Part shown: positions 14,313-23,691 of the stretch, piece after piece | Numbering within the stretch: position 1 is the first letter of the stretch | Layout of the letters: each line of letters begins with the position of its first letter | Assembly (NCBI GenBank): GCA_044238605.1 | Contig: JBIICY010000013.1 | Coordinates: 1 to 35,526, forward strand | Reading direction: 5' to 3' | Origin: Patescibacteria group bacterium | Lineage (GTDB): Bacteria > Bacteroidota > Ignavibacteria > Kapaibacteriales > Kapaibacteriaceae | Length of the DNA: 35,526 bases | Made by a program: the position numbers and the translations under genes | The notes under the pieces: model-generated | Databases searched by the model: none | Seen by the model: the letters and a program-made list of their open reading frames with translations, nothing else | What the model was told of the DNA's origin: nothing

Positions 14313-15410
14313 CTAAAACGTCTGCCCCTTCCATTGCACTCGCTTGCGCATTGCCAGAATTGGCAGGATAAGCTCAAGAAGCAACAGGATGATGAGCGAG
14401 GGGGCGATTGCTGGTATGGAAGACCAGCGGCGAAGACGCATAACTGAGAGGCCGATCAGCACGCCGTCTCCAAGTGCACGAAGAGCGAGATAGGTGAGTG
14501 TCCAACTTGCTGACTGCGTCACGATGGAGAGCACAAGGGCCGCCCAGTAGGTAACACTGGTAATCACAAAGATGGTGGCGCGCCATCCAAGCTGTGTGCC
14601 GCCCCTTACCCAGCGCTGCTTCTGATGAAGGTACTCCATCAGCGTTGTGCAGGGAAGGGTCTCAACGGCGCTGTCGGCACTGCAGATATAGGATACGCTA
14701 TGTCCAGCTCGCACCATTGCCTGCAGGAGTGCAAGGTCTTCGGTGATGCTAAAACTTACTACGTTATATCCTCCTAGTTCGCGAAATGCAGCGGCATCGA
14801 TGGCAAGATTGTTGCCAAAGCATCCGATGGGGATGCCGTTTGTGAGCGATCCCTGTGCCATGCTGTGCGTGTAGAGCCACTCTACGTCCTGCAAGACTCC
14901 AAACGCTGAGGAATGCTCAATGGTGGTAAATCCGCAAACCATCTTGACGCGCTCGTTGTTGAACGGGGCAAGCATGGTGTGCACCCAGTCGGGGTCTACT
15001 ACGCAATCTGCATCGGTAAAAAGAAGTACATCTCCCGATGCACGGTCAACGCCTGCTTGAAGCGCTCCCGGCTTGCCGCGCAGATTCTCTCGTGCTTCCG
15101 ACTCCGTTCGGTGCACAGTCTTGATCACCGACCACGATGCAGCGGCCAGTTCAATAATGCTGCCGGTTGCATCTGTGCTGCGATCGTTCACAATGATGAT
15201 CTCCAGCAGGTGCTCGGGATAGGTTATCGTGCGCAGAGATGCAATACACCTGTGCAGGGTAGAGGCTTCGTTACGGGCTGGGATGATGATCGAGACGCGC
15301 CGCTGTGGAACGTTGTTCTGCTTGCGGATGGATGCCCGCAGCTGTCCGCTTAGAAAGTACACCAAGCGAAGGCTGTAGATGACGGCCGAGATGGTCAGGA
15401 CAAGTTCCAT
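14313..15410 (-). CDS. family 2 glycosyltransferase (membrane, processive type)
   Basis: The N-terminal GT-A domain carries the DxD region (VSIIIPARNEASTLHRCIASL...IIVNDRSTDATG...LLFTDADCVVDPDW) and QKQRWVRG (the QxxRW motif). Multiple C-terminal TM helices follow. Confidence 0.8.
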   Translation of the reverse strand: MELVLTISAVIYSLRLVYFLSGQLRASIRKQNNVPQRRVSIIIPARNEASTLHRCIASLRTITYPEHLLEIIIVNDRSTDATGSIIELAAASWSVIKTVHRTESEARENLRGKPGALQAGVDRASGDVLLFTDADCVVDPDWVHTMLAPFNNERVKMVCGFTTIEHSSAFGVLQDVEWLYTHSMAQGSLTNGIPIGCFGNNLAIDAAAFRELGGYNVVSFSITEDLALLQAMVRAGHSVSYICSADSAVETLPCTTLMEYLHQKQRWVRGGTQLGWRATIFVITSVTYWAALVLSIVTQSASWTLTYLALRALGDGVLIGLSVMRLRRWSSIPAIAPSLIILLLLELILPILAMRKRVQWKGQTF

Positions 15411-15485
15411 GGGGAGAAGATTCTACGCCCGCCAAATTAGCTCGTCGTAGCTTTGTTGTCTATTACGAAACGTTCATAAAGTGAC

Positions 15486-16856
15486 ATGTCCGCCGCCTCC
15501 GCATTCTCCAAACAAAGCGTCGACCTGATCAACGACCCAATCGATCAGTCGCTGCGGCGATATAGCTTGCCCCTTGCCCTGAGCTTCGTAGTCAATATGG
15601 TCTACTCGTTTGTAGACCGATTCTACGTCTCACGTCTAGGCGATGCGGCAACAGCCGCCATTGGCGCTACTGACCAAGTAATGTTCGTACTCTTTACGCT
15701 CGTAAGCGGTATTGCCGTTGGTGCTGGGATCATTGTCTCGCGTCGCTTTGGAGAGGGCGACAATCAGGGGGCGATGCGCACTGGTACTCAAGCGCTCGTT
15801 GGCATTGTGATCATGGCTCTAACGGTAACTGTGTCGATGTACGTGGCACTCCCGCAGGTGCCTGTGATCATGCGCATGAAACCCGAAGTAGCTGTCCATG
15901 GCATCGACTATCTCTCGACACTGCTGCTGGGCTTTACGTTTCAGCTGTCAAACTTCCACATGTTCACGATCTCACGGTCAACAGGGAACACGATGTTCCC
16001 AACGATTGTGCTTATCACAACCGTTGTAGTAAATGCTGTTGTAGCCCCGTTCCTGATCTTTGGGATCGGGCCCTTCCCGGAAATGGGGATGTCGGGTGCA
16101 GGTCTTGCAACAGCTATTGGACAGATGACAGGTACGGCGATCACGTTAACAGCCATGTTACGGGGCTCTACTGGCATCCGCCTCGATTTTTCGCAGTTCA
16201 AATTAGACTGGCCGCTCTTGAGACGTGTCGCTCTGCAGGGGTTCCCTGCTTCGGTGCAGATGCTCTCGGTGAGCATGACGCGGGCAATCATCTTTATGTT
16301 CGTGGGTGAGCTTGGAACCAGCACCACTGCGGCCTACACGCTCGGACTGAGTATCGACATGCTTGTGATGATGACGGTGTTTGCCGTGGGGATTGCAGTG
16401 CAGACAGCAACCGGACAGAACATCGGGGCTGGCAAGCCGGAGCGCGTATGGCTGTATTACAAGAGCGCATGCAAACAGCTAACGTACCTCATGGTTGGCT
16501 TGGGCGTTATCGTTTATGCCTTTGGAGATGACTTTATCCTGCTCTACACAACAACGCCAGATACAGTTCGCGAAGCCACGGAGTACATGCGTATCTCGGT
16601 GTTTGGCTACATTTTCTTTGCCTATGGGCTGATGTCGGTTAGAGTGATCTCTGGCGCAGGGGCATCGATCCTTTCCATGTCCATCACTGCCGGTAGCCTG
16701 CTCCTGCTCCAGGTGCCTCTAGCCTACGTGCTGTCTCACTGGACGCCTCTGGAGAGCTCTGGCATCTGGATCGGTCTCGCCACTGGCTACGCTGTGTTTG
16801 CGGGAATAAGTTACAGCGTTGTCCGCAGCGGTAGATGGATGAAGGCTAAAGCGTAA
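15486..16856 (+). CDS. MATE family efflux transporter
   Basis: 456 aa with ~12 TM segments. The N-terminus LPLALSFVVNMVYSFVDRFYVSRLGDAATAAIGA is the MATE signature (..l....L...VD..fVg.LG..alAA.g). Confidence 0.8.
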   Translation: MSAASAFSKQSVDLINDPIDQSLRRYSLPLALSFVVNMVYSFVDRFYVSRLGDAATAAIGATDQVMFVLFTLVSGIAVGAGIIVSRRFGEGDNQGAMRTGTQALVGIVIMALTVTVSMYVALPQVPVIMRMKPEVAVHGIDYLSTLLLGFTFQLSNFHMFTISRSTGNTMFPTIVLITTVVVNAVVAPFLIFGIGPFPEMGMSGAGLATAIGQMTGTAITLTAMLRGSTGIRLDFSQFKLDWPLLRRVALQGFPASVQMLSVSMTRAIIFMFVGELGTSTTAAYTLGLSIDMLVMMTVFAVGIAVQTATGQNIGAGKPERVWLYYKSACKQLTYLMVGLGVIVYAFGDDFILLYTTTPDTVREATEYMRISVFGYIFFAYGLMSVRVISGAGASILSMSITAGSLLLLQVPLAYVLSHWTPLESSGIWIGLATGYAVFAGISYSVVRSGRWMKAKA

Positions 16857-16911
16857 CGCGCTCTGGATTAAACGAAAGTGGTTGTTCTGCGTCTGAAGCA
16901 CCTATAGCTGC

Positions 16912-17526
16912 ATGGAACTTGTACACGATATCACCACAATGACGCCACAGACCGACGCAGAGATTCTCGCAGAATTCCGGCAGGGTAGTCGCGATGTAGC
17001 TCTTACGGCATTTGTGCGAAAGCATCAGCGGTTCGTGCTGTCCGTTGCGCTGCGTCATGCGATATCGCGACAAGATGCCGAAGATGCTGCCCAGGAAGTC
17101 TTCGTAAAGGCATCTCAAAAACTCGGTGAGTTCCAGGGCAACAGTACCCTTCAGACATGGCTCTACCGCATCACGGTAAACGTCTGCACGTCGATTCATC
17201 GTAAGCGCAAGTTCACCACGTTCTTCGGATTCGGAGAAGCAGAAGGGGAGATGGACGTTGCCAGCTCCGACAGAATGCCGTCGCATCAGGCAGAGCATAA
17301 TGAGTTTGATGTGTACATCAAGCAGGTGTTGTCCGGGCTGCCCCCTAAACAGCGCGAAGCATTCTGTATGCGTCACTACGACGAGCTGAGCTACGAGGAG
17401 ATATCGGCGATCACGGGAACCTCGGAAGGGGCTCTCAAGGCAAACTATCACTGGGCGGTAAAGAAGATCGCCGAGGCACTTCGACAAAGCGAATACTACG
17501 CACACTGGATGGAGAATGGTCGATGA
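16912..17526 (+). CDS. ECF-type RNA polymerase sigma-70 factor
   Basis: Region 2 (DAEDAAQEVFVKASQKLGEFQGNSTLQTWLYRITVNVC) and region 4 HTH (LPPKQREAFCMRHYDELSYEEISAITGTSEGALKANYHWAVKKI). An alternative start lies at 16939. Confidence 0.85.
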   Translation: MELVHDITTMTPQTDAEILAEFRQGSRDVALTAFVRKHQRFVLSVALRHAISRQDAEDAAQEVFVKASQKLGEFQGNSTLQTWLYRITVNVCTSIHRKRKFTTFFGFGEAEGEMDVASSDRMPSHQAEHNEFDVYIKQVLSGLPPKQREAFCMRHYDELSYEEISAITGTSEGALKANYHWAVKKIAEALRQSEYYAHWMENGR

Positions 17527-18065
17527 ACACTGCACATCACGATGAGCTGCGAGAAATCCTCGGCACAGACGATACCGCCGTGGCAGCCATGCTGGCGCAG
17601 CACAAGGAACGTCGCAATCACGAGGTAGACCATCAGGCACGCAACCTGAGTGTAGCCGTAGCTAAGCGTCTGCAGAAGAAGAGCCGCACCAGCAACACAA
17701 CATTGGCAGGTGCTCTAGCAGCATCAGCTGCTGCTGTTGTTATCATGATATCGCTGAATCAAACGGGGCCTCAACTCGGCGACTCTCCGCGCGCACCGCT
17801 TGTGTCAGCGCCTCGTGTTGCAGCATCAATGGCACCAGCAAAGCCTGCTTCAGCCTCTGCTGTTGCAGAATCCCCGCAACCAACACGTATTCGCAAAGCC
17901 TCTTCAACAGCAACCGTGCCGGATGAGGTCATACTTGAGCAAGAAGCCGAAAATCAATTGGTAAACTTGTTGGCCAATGCGATAACCGACGAAACAGCAT
18001 GGACGATCACCAATGAAGATGTTGACAAGATCCTGCAGGAGAACAGCAATGATAATGGCCTCTAA
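17523..18065 (+). CDS. putative membrane-anchored anti-sigma factor
   Basis: ATGA overlap with the sigma-factor stop. A single TM (LAGALAASAAAVVIMISL) sits after a ~60-aa cytoplasmic N-terminus, and the C-terminus is Ala/Pro/Ser-rich. This is the typical position and topology for an anti-sigma factor. No family match beyond that. Confidence 0.45.
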   Translation: MNTAHHDELREILGTDDTAVAAMLAQHKERRNHEVDHQARNLSVAVAKRLQKKSRTSNTTLAGALAASAAAVVIMISLNQTGPQLGDSPRAPLVSAPRVAASMAPAKPASASAVAESPQPTRIRKASSTATVPDEVILEQEAENQLVNLLANAITDETAWTITNEDVDKILQENSNDNGL

Positions 18066-18525
18066 GTCACTCCTCGTCATGATGTGCCTAGCGCTATCGT
18101 GGACAGCCCTCGCAGCCCAGGACGACGACGAACCACCTATGCCGCGCGAGCGCATGCAGCAACGGATCGAAGATGTCCGCAAAATGAAGCTCATCGACAT
18201 CCTCGAACTGCAAGACTCGCAGGTAGAGAAGTTCTTCCAGTTGTACAACTCACTGCATGGCACAGTTCTGCAGCGCAAACGCGATATGGACGAAAAGGCA
18301 GAGACACTTAAGCGTATGTCCCGCGACGCCTCCTCCAGCCTCCAACCCCAGATCGATGCCCTTCAGTCTGCAACCCATGCATTCCACGAGGCCATCGAAC
18401 AACGCAACGCGAAGATCAAGGACGTCCTCTCCCCACAGCAGCACGCCAGATACTTAGTCTTCGAAGCAAAGTTCCCAGAAGAACTCGCGAAGATGCTGGC
18501 GAAGAGAGCGAAGAAGAGAGAGTAA
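18049..18525 (+). CDS. small periplasmic helical protein (Spy/CpxP-like LTxxQ-type motifs)
   Basis: ATG at 18049 gives the signal peptide MIMASKSLLVMMCLALSWTALAAQ. Charged helical repeats carry LQDSQ and LSPQQ motifs, and the C-terminus is basic. It is the third gene of the sigma/anti-sigma operon and overlaps the previous gene by ~14 nt. Confidence 0.4.
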   Translation: MIMASKSLLVMMCLALSWTALAAQDDDEPPMPRERMQQRIEDVRKMKLIDILELQDSQVEKFFQLYNSLHGTVLQRKRDMDEKAETLKRMSRDASSSLQPQIDALQSATHAFHEAIEQRNAKIKDVLSPQQHARYLVFEAKFPEELAKMLAKRAKKRE

Positions 18526-18608
18526 GATAAAGCAGCGAGCAGCGAGTAGCGAACAGCGAGCAGCGAACAATTAGACGTACTCGCTGCTCGCTGTTCGCTG
18601 CTCGCTAC
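18526..18608. terminator. 83-bp perfect palindrome built from AGCGAGY heptamers filling the gap between convergent stop codons (bidirectional terminator candidate)
   Basis: ataaagcagcgagcagcgagtagcgaacagcgagcagcgaacaattagacgtactcgctgctcgctgttcgctgctcgctactc. The left arm is AGCGAGY units, the right arm is their reverse complement, and the loop is aattagacgta. It abuts the stop at 18525 on the left and the stop at 18609 on the right. Confidence 0.7.
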
Positions 18609-19850
18609 TCATATCAGCATTCCCGCTACACACGCGGTTAGCAGATTTGCTAGGGCCCCAATGCACATGGCTTTGAAGCCAAAGCGGGCTACTTCGGCGC
18701 GGCGTTCTGGGGCCATCATGCCGTAGCCGCCGATTTGGATGCCGATGGACATGATGTTGGCAAAGCCGCACAGGGCAATAGTAGCAAGGCGCACAGTTCG
18801 GTCTGAAAGAGCCCCTTGTCCAACAAGGGTTGCAAGCTTGTCGTAGGCGATGAACTCTGTGAGTGAGATCTTGGTGCCTAAAAGAGATGCGAATGTGTGG
18901 GCCTCGTTGGATGGTATGCCAACGAGCCACGAGAACGGCAGAAAGATGTAGCCAAGGATCTGCTCGATGGATGTGCCAATACCCATCATCAGGAGTGCGT
19001 CCATGAAGGCAACGATGGCCTTAAAGGCAATGAGTACTACGATTACGTTTACGGCAAGCTTTACGCCATCAAATGCACCGCGCGCTATGGCATCGAGCAC
19101 GTTGCCGGCAGGCAATACGGGATCGAGGTTGGTAACCTCTTCACGTGTAAGTGCATCTTCTGGTCTGTCTGGCTCTGCGATCTTGGCAAGGGCCAGCGCC
19201 GCGGGTGCGGCAAGGATACTGGCGATCATCAGGTCGGTGGCCTGAATGCCCCTTGCCACGTAGACACCCATGGTAGAGCCGGCAATGGTTGCAAAGCCAC
19301 CTACCATCATGGCAAAGAGCTCAGAAGGGGCTATGCGGGGTATGTAGTGTCTCACGAGCAGCGGAGACTCTGTCTGACCCAAAAAGATCTCGCCAACAGC
19401 GTTGATGGACTCAATGGGAGATGTCTTCATTGTGCGTTCAAGAATGCGCGCTGCGATCTTCACGAACCGCTGCATGATGCCGTAATGATACAGCACGGCC
19501 ATGCATGCAGAGAAGAAGACAATAACAGAAGTTATCGTGAGGGCAAACTGAAAGCCCACTGCGGCAACGCCTTTTGCGCGTGGAAGATCGCCAAAGAGAA
19601 ATGCTGCACCCTCATTGGCAAAACCCAGAAACCATGTGATGCCATCGCCCATCCACTGGAAGAAGGCAATGCCCGGTGGAAACACCATTACAACAACAGC
19701 CAGTAGAAGCTGCAGGACAATGCCCCAGAGAACGGTTCTCCACGGGATGGCGCTTCGAGAAGATGACCAGATCCAAGCGATGGCAAGGATCACGAGTATA
19801 CCAAGGGCCGACTGAAGCTGGGGCATGGACGTTCCGCTATCGTTCTGCAT
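18609..19850 (-). CDS. nupC: NupC/CNT-family concentrative nucleoside transporter
   Basis: A multi-TM protein with the conserved CNT blocks GFANEGAAFLFG, FQFALTITSVIVFFSACMAVLYHYGIMQ, KTSPIESINAVGEIFLGQTESPLLVRHYI and ELFAMMVGGFATIAGS. An alternative start at 19826 (MPQLQ...) would remove the 14-nt overlap with dnaE. Confidence 0.8.
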   Translation of the reverse strand: MQNDSGTSMPQLQSALGILVILAIAWIWSSSRSAIPWRTVLWGIVLQLLLAVVVMVFPPGIAFFQWMGDGITWFLGFANEGAAFLFGDLPRAKGVAAVGFQFALTITSVIVFFSACMAVLYHYGIMQRFVKIAARILERTMKTSPIESINAVGEIFLGQTESPLLVRHYIPRIAPSELFAMMVGGFATIAGSTMGVYVARGIQATDLMIASILAAPAALALAKIAEPDRPEDALTREEVTNLDPVLPAGNVLDAIARGAFDGVKLAVNVIVVLIAFKAIVAFMDALLMMGIGTSIEQILGYIFLPFSWLVGIPSNEAHTFASLLGTKISLTEFIAYDKLATLVGQGALSDRTVRLATIALCGFANIMSIGIQIGGYGMMAPERRAEVARFGFKAMCIGALANLLTACVAGMLI

Positions 19851-22800
19851 CTACAAGTACATTGGCGTCGCCAAATGTACTGCAAAGAAACTTCGTTGTC
19901 TCTTGTGAATACTTGATCTTGCTCATGGTTGTGTACAGGCGCTTGCCTTCGGGATGCATAACCACAAAGGAGAGTTGATCTTGCGCGTCCGATGTATTGC
20001 AACGCTGCTTGAGAGATTTGAGCTGTTCGTCTGTGTGCTCGTCCGGCCGGATGCAAACCACGTAGCCACGGACAAGTTTTTTCTCTGCCTGCTCAAGCGT
20101 TAGCACGTCGTCGGCGGTAATCTTGATGGACTCTCCGCTGACTTCACATTTGCCGATAACTACAACAACGGTATCGGGCTTAATGAGCTCTGCAAACTGT
20201 TTATACTTGTCACTCCAGAAGATCACTTCCACAGAGCCCTGGTATTGCTCTACCTTGACAAAGGCAATAGTGTTCTCGCGCTTGTCAAGTCTCGTGCGGA
20301 CGTCACTGATGAGTCCGCAGATACGAGCCCCCTTACCATTCATGTCGGCATCGATACGTGCTAGGTTGATGGTGCTAAATGACTGCACAGCCATGGCGTA
20401 TTCTTGCAGGGGGTGACCCGATACGTAGAAGCTGAGCACTTCCTTCTCTTTTCGCAAACGGTCGCGCTCGGGCCATGGCTCGAGCACTGGAAGGGATGGT
20501 TCTTTCGGACGTTCGATTTCGGCGTCGCCAAAGAGTCCGCCACCCATAGCAGAGAGGGCATCGTCTTGCACCTGTGATGCATAGTGAATAGCTGTATCGA
20601 TTACAGAGAACAGCTGCGCACGGTGTCCGTTGCGCAGACTGTCGAAGGCACCAGAGCAAACGAGGGCTTCCAGCACGCGCTTATTGACAACTTTTTTATC
20701 AACTCGTGCCGCAAAGTCAAAGATGGATGTAAAGGGGCTGTCCTTGCGCGCTTCTACAATCGACTCAACGGCGGTAATGCCAACGCCTTTGATACCTGCC
20801 AAACCAAAGTAAATCGATGAGCCTTCGGCTACAAACGTTGCCATCGAACGGTTGATGTCCGGTGGGAGTACCGTGATGTTTACACGCTTTGCTTCATCAA
20901 TCAGCGCAACGATCTTGGCCTGATCATTAAGTTCAGCCGTCATGTTGGCGGCAAGAAACTCAGCAGGGTAATGCGTCTTGAGCCATGCCGTCTGGAAGGC
21001 TAGATACGAATACGCAGCCGAGTGGGACTTGTTAAAGCCGTACGAGGCAAACTTCTGGATAAGGTCGAAGATCTCGCTCGCGAGGGCTTCTTCGATATTG
21101 GCGTTGCTCTTCGCCCCCTCAATAAACTTGACGCGTTGCTCGGCCATGGACTTCTCGTCCTTCTTACCCATGGCGCGACGCATCACATCTGACTGCGCAA
21201 GGGTAAAGCCAGCGAGCGTCTGCACGAGCTGCATAACCTGTTCCTGATAGACAATAACGCCGTACGTCTTGTTCAGGATGGGCTCCATCAGCGGATGGAG
21301 ATATTCAACAGGTTTACGACCATGCTTACGGTCGATGAAGTCCGGAATGTTATCCATCGGACCCGGACGGTAGAGGGCGTTCATCGCGATGAGGTCTTCA
21401 AGCACCGTTGGCTTAAGCTCTCGCAGGGCCTTCTGCATTGGGTCGGATTCGAACTGGAACACGGCTTGCGTATAGCCCCGTGAGAACAGCTCGTAGGTCT
21501 TCGGATCGTCGAAATCTATCGTATCGACATCTACGTCGATACCGTGATTGCGTTTGATCTGCTCCAGCGTTTGGTCGATGATGCTCAGCGTTCGCAAACC
21601 CAGAAAGTCCATCTTGAGAAGTCCGGCTTCTTCAAGATCCTTCATGTTGTACTGCGTGGCCGCTTCGGTATTCGGCGTCTTGTACACCGGCACGAAATCA
21701 CTGATCGGTCCGGGCGCGATAACAACACCGGCAGCATGCAGCGATGAATTTCTCGCAAAGCCCTCGAGCACCTGTGCGTAGCTGATGAGGTCTTTGATGC
21801 GATGATCGTCTGTGGTCTTGATCCACCGAAGCTCGGGGAGTTCCATCGCTTCGGCGATGGTATGCACCTTACCCATGATCACTGGAATCTTGTCGGTGAT
21901 CTGTGTGATGGCCGAGAGTTCGATTCCGAGAACACGACCAACATCTTTAAGCACAGCTCTTGACGAGAGCGTACCAAAGGTGATGATCTGGGCAACGGAA
22001 TCGGCGCCGTACTTTTCTTTGACGTATTCGATCACCCGACTTCGTTTGTCGTCGGAGAAGTCAACGTCGATATCGGGCATCGATACCCGGTCTGGATTCA
22101 GGAATCGCTCGAAGAGGAGATCGAACTTGAGCGGATCGATATCGGTGATGCGTAGCGCATAGGCAATGAGCGATCCAGCAGCAGAGCCCCGTCCAGGACC
22201 AACGCGCACACCCATCTGCCGTGCCGCACGGATAAAGTCTGCTACGATTAGGAAGTACCCCGCATACCCCATGCGCTTGATCACCTGCAGCTCAAAGCTT
22301 GCACGGTCGAGCACCTCACTCGTCATCACAGGGTAGCGTTCTTCGAGCCCCTTCATCGTGAGTTCTTCGAGGTAGTCTTCGAGCGTTGTAGCGTCTGACT
22401 CCGGAGGAATAGGGAACTGCGGTAGCTGCAGATCTGTCGGGATCTTCAGGTCTACCTTCTCGGCAATCTCAACTGTGCTTTCAATGCCCTCTGGAAACGC
22501 CTTGAAGAGATCCTTCATCTGCTTCTGCGTCTTCATGTACATCTCGGGTACACGGTAGCGCAGGTCTTTCTTCACGTCGAATTGTGATCTGTCGAACGAG
22601 GCGTCTTTTTGAATGTGCAGAAGAACGTTGTGTGCAACTGCATCGTCTTTCTTGACGTAGTGCGTGTCGTTGGACACCACGATCTTTATGCCAAGCTCCT
22701 TTGCAAGACGTGGTGCAAACTCGAGCACGTGCTTGTCTTCGGGCAGACCATGGTCCTGCAACTCTATGTAGAAATCATCGCCAAAGATCTCCTTCAGCGT

Positions 22801-23289
22801 TATCGCATTGCGCCGTGCCGTTTCTTCGTCACCGGCAAGCATTGGCGCATTGATGGGTCCGGCTAGACATGCCGACGTCGCGATGAGCCCCTCATGGTGT
22901 TCACGCAACAGGTCCATGTCGATACGGGGCTTGTAGTAAAACCCATGCGTATGGCCAATGGAGGTAAGCTTTACAAGGTTCTTGTATCCCGTTTCGTTCT
23001 TTGCCAGCAGCACCAGATGGTAGTAGTTCCGCTTCTTGCCAGCATCAACAACCTTCTCGCGGTCGGTGTGCTTCTTTACCGCGATGTAGACCTCGCAACC
23101 AATGATGGGCTTAATGCCCGACTTCTTGGCCTTTTTGTAAAACTCAAAGCAGCCGAACATCACGCCGTGATCCGTGATCGCCAGCGCAGATTGTCCGTCG
23201 GCCTTGGCCGCATCGATCAACGTCTGCGGACTCGCCGCAGCATCGAGCAATGAGAAGTGTGTGTGGTTGTGAAGGTGGACGAAGCTCAT
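19837..23289 (-). CDS. dnaE: DNA polymerase III alpha subunit
   Basis: 1150 aa. N-terminal PHP domain MSFVHLHNHTHFSLLDAAASPQTLIDAAKADGQSALAITDHGVMFG. The polymerase core is GPGRGSAAGSLIAYALRITDIDPLKFDLLFERFLNPDRVSMPDIDVDF. The OB-fold region lies C-terminally. Confidence 0.95.
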   Translation of the reverse strand: MSFVHLHNHTHFSLLDAAASPQTLIDAAKADGQSALAITDHGVMFGCFEFYKKAKKSGIKPIIGCEVYIAVKKHTDREKVVDAGKKRNYYHLVLLAKNETGYKNLVKLTSIGHTHGFYYKPRIDMDLLREHHEGLIATSACLAGPINAPMLAGDEETARRNAITLKEIFGDDFYIELQDHGLPEDKHVLEFAPRLAKELGIKIVVSNDTHYVKKDDAVAHNVLLHIQKDASFDRSQFDVKKDLRYRVPEMYMKTQKQMKDLFKAFPEGIESTVEIAEKVDLKIPTDLQLPQFPIPPESDATTLEDYLEELTMKGLEERYPVMTSEVLDRASFELQVIKRMGYAGYFLIVADFIRAARQMGVRVGPGRGSAAGSLIAYALRITDIDPLKFDLLFERFLNPDRVSMPDIDVDFSDDKRSRVIEYVKEKYGADSVAQIITFGTLSSRAVLKDVGRVLGIELSAITQITDKIPVIMGKVHTIAEAMELPELRWIKTTDDHRIKDLISYAQVLEGFARNSSLHAAGVVIAPGPISDFVPVYKTPNTEAATQYNMKDLEEAGLLKMDFLGLRTLSIIDQTLEQIKRNHGIDVDVDTIDFDDPKTYELFSRGYTQAVFQFESDPMQKALRELKPTVLEDLIAMNALYRPGPMDNIPDFIDRKHGRKPVEYLHPLMEPILNKTYGVIVYQEQVMQLVQTLAGFTLAQSDVMRRAMGKKDEKSMAEQRVKFIEGAKSNANIEEALASEIFDLIQKFASYGFNKSHSAAYSYLAFQTAWLKTHYPAEFLAANMTAELNDQAKIVALIDEAKRVNITVLPPDINRSMATFVAEGSSIYFGLAGIKGVGITAVESIVEARKDSPFTSIFDFAARVDKKVVNKRVLEALVCSGAFDSLRNGHRAQLFSVIDTAIHYASQVQDDALSAMGGGLFGDAEIERPKEPSLPVLEPWPERDRLRKEKEVLSFYVSGHPLQEYAMAVQSFSTINLARIDADMNGKGARICGLISDVRTRLDKRENTIAFVKVEQYQGSVEVIFWSDKYKQFAELIKPDTVVVVIGKCEVSGESIKITADDVLTLEQAEKKLVRGYVVCIRPDEHTDEQLKSLKQRCNTSDAQDQLSFVVMHPEGKRLYTTMSKIKYSQETTKFLCSTFGDANVLVDAER

Positions 23290-23382
23290 AGGGACAAGGG
23301 ACTAGGGACAAGGGACTAGGGACAAGGGACTAGGGACAAGGGACTAGGGACAAGGGACTAGGGACTAGGTACGGGGGTACGG
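23290..23382. repeat. 14-mer tandem satellite (GGGACAAGGGACTA x6) directly abutting the dnaE start codon
   Basis: agggacaagggactagggacaagggactagggacaagggacta... followed by gggactaggtacgggggtacgg. It occupies the entire space between the upstream small-gene stop (23383) and the dnaE ATG (23289). Confidence 0.9.
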
Positions 23383-23661
23383 TTATTTGAGGCGTTTGAT
23401 TTGTTCTGAAAGGGTTTGTTCGATAGCCCCCTTAGCAGCAGAGCCAAAGAACGAGAGTTCGATATCGATGTCGACGAAGTTGTCGCGAAGCGTAATCGTG
23501 CCGTGTCCGAGTTTGCCGGAGGCGTGGAGCACGTTGCCCTTCCATTCGTGGGTGGAGACCAGCATGGACAGTTCTGGACGCGTGAGCACCTTGCTATCGA
23601 TTAGCAGGCGCATTTCCATGGCTGTCTTTGAGGTCTCGATGGTTTGTTTAATGTTGGCCAT
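23383..23661 (-). CDS. small conserved protein, possibly polyhydroxyalkanoate-system family (TIGR02610-like)
   Basis: 92 aa. MANIKQTIETSKTAMEMRLLID...HEWKGNVLHASGKLGHGTITLRDNFVDIDIELSFFGSAAKGAIEQTL loosely fits the W.G..L.F.R.Gv.G.I.V....V.V...LG......K..IE pattern of that family. The assignment is tentative. Confidence 0.3.
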   Translation of the reverse strand: MANIKQTIETSKTAMEMRLLIDSKVLTRPELSMLVSTHEWKGNVLHASGKLGHGTITLRDNFVDIDIELSFFGSAAKGAIEQTLSEQIKRLK

Positions 23662-23691
23662 AGTGATGAGTACGGGGCTTGTGGTGACGGA

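Noticed and set aside
14229-14447. 72-aa plus-strand ORF
   Set aside because: It begins in the hairpin/heptamer spacer and runs antisense into the 3' end of the GT2 gene. It is a shadow ORF.
16846-17640. 264-aa minus-strand ORF
   Set aside because: It is fully antisense to the well-supported ECF sigma factor and anti-sigma genes. It has no family features, so it is a GC-rich shadow ORF.
18897-19706. 269-aa plus-strand ORF
   Set aside because: Antisense to the nupC-family transporter, which has strong conserved blocks. The Cys/His/Gly-rich composition is typical of shadow frames.
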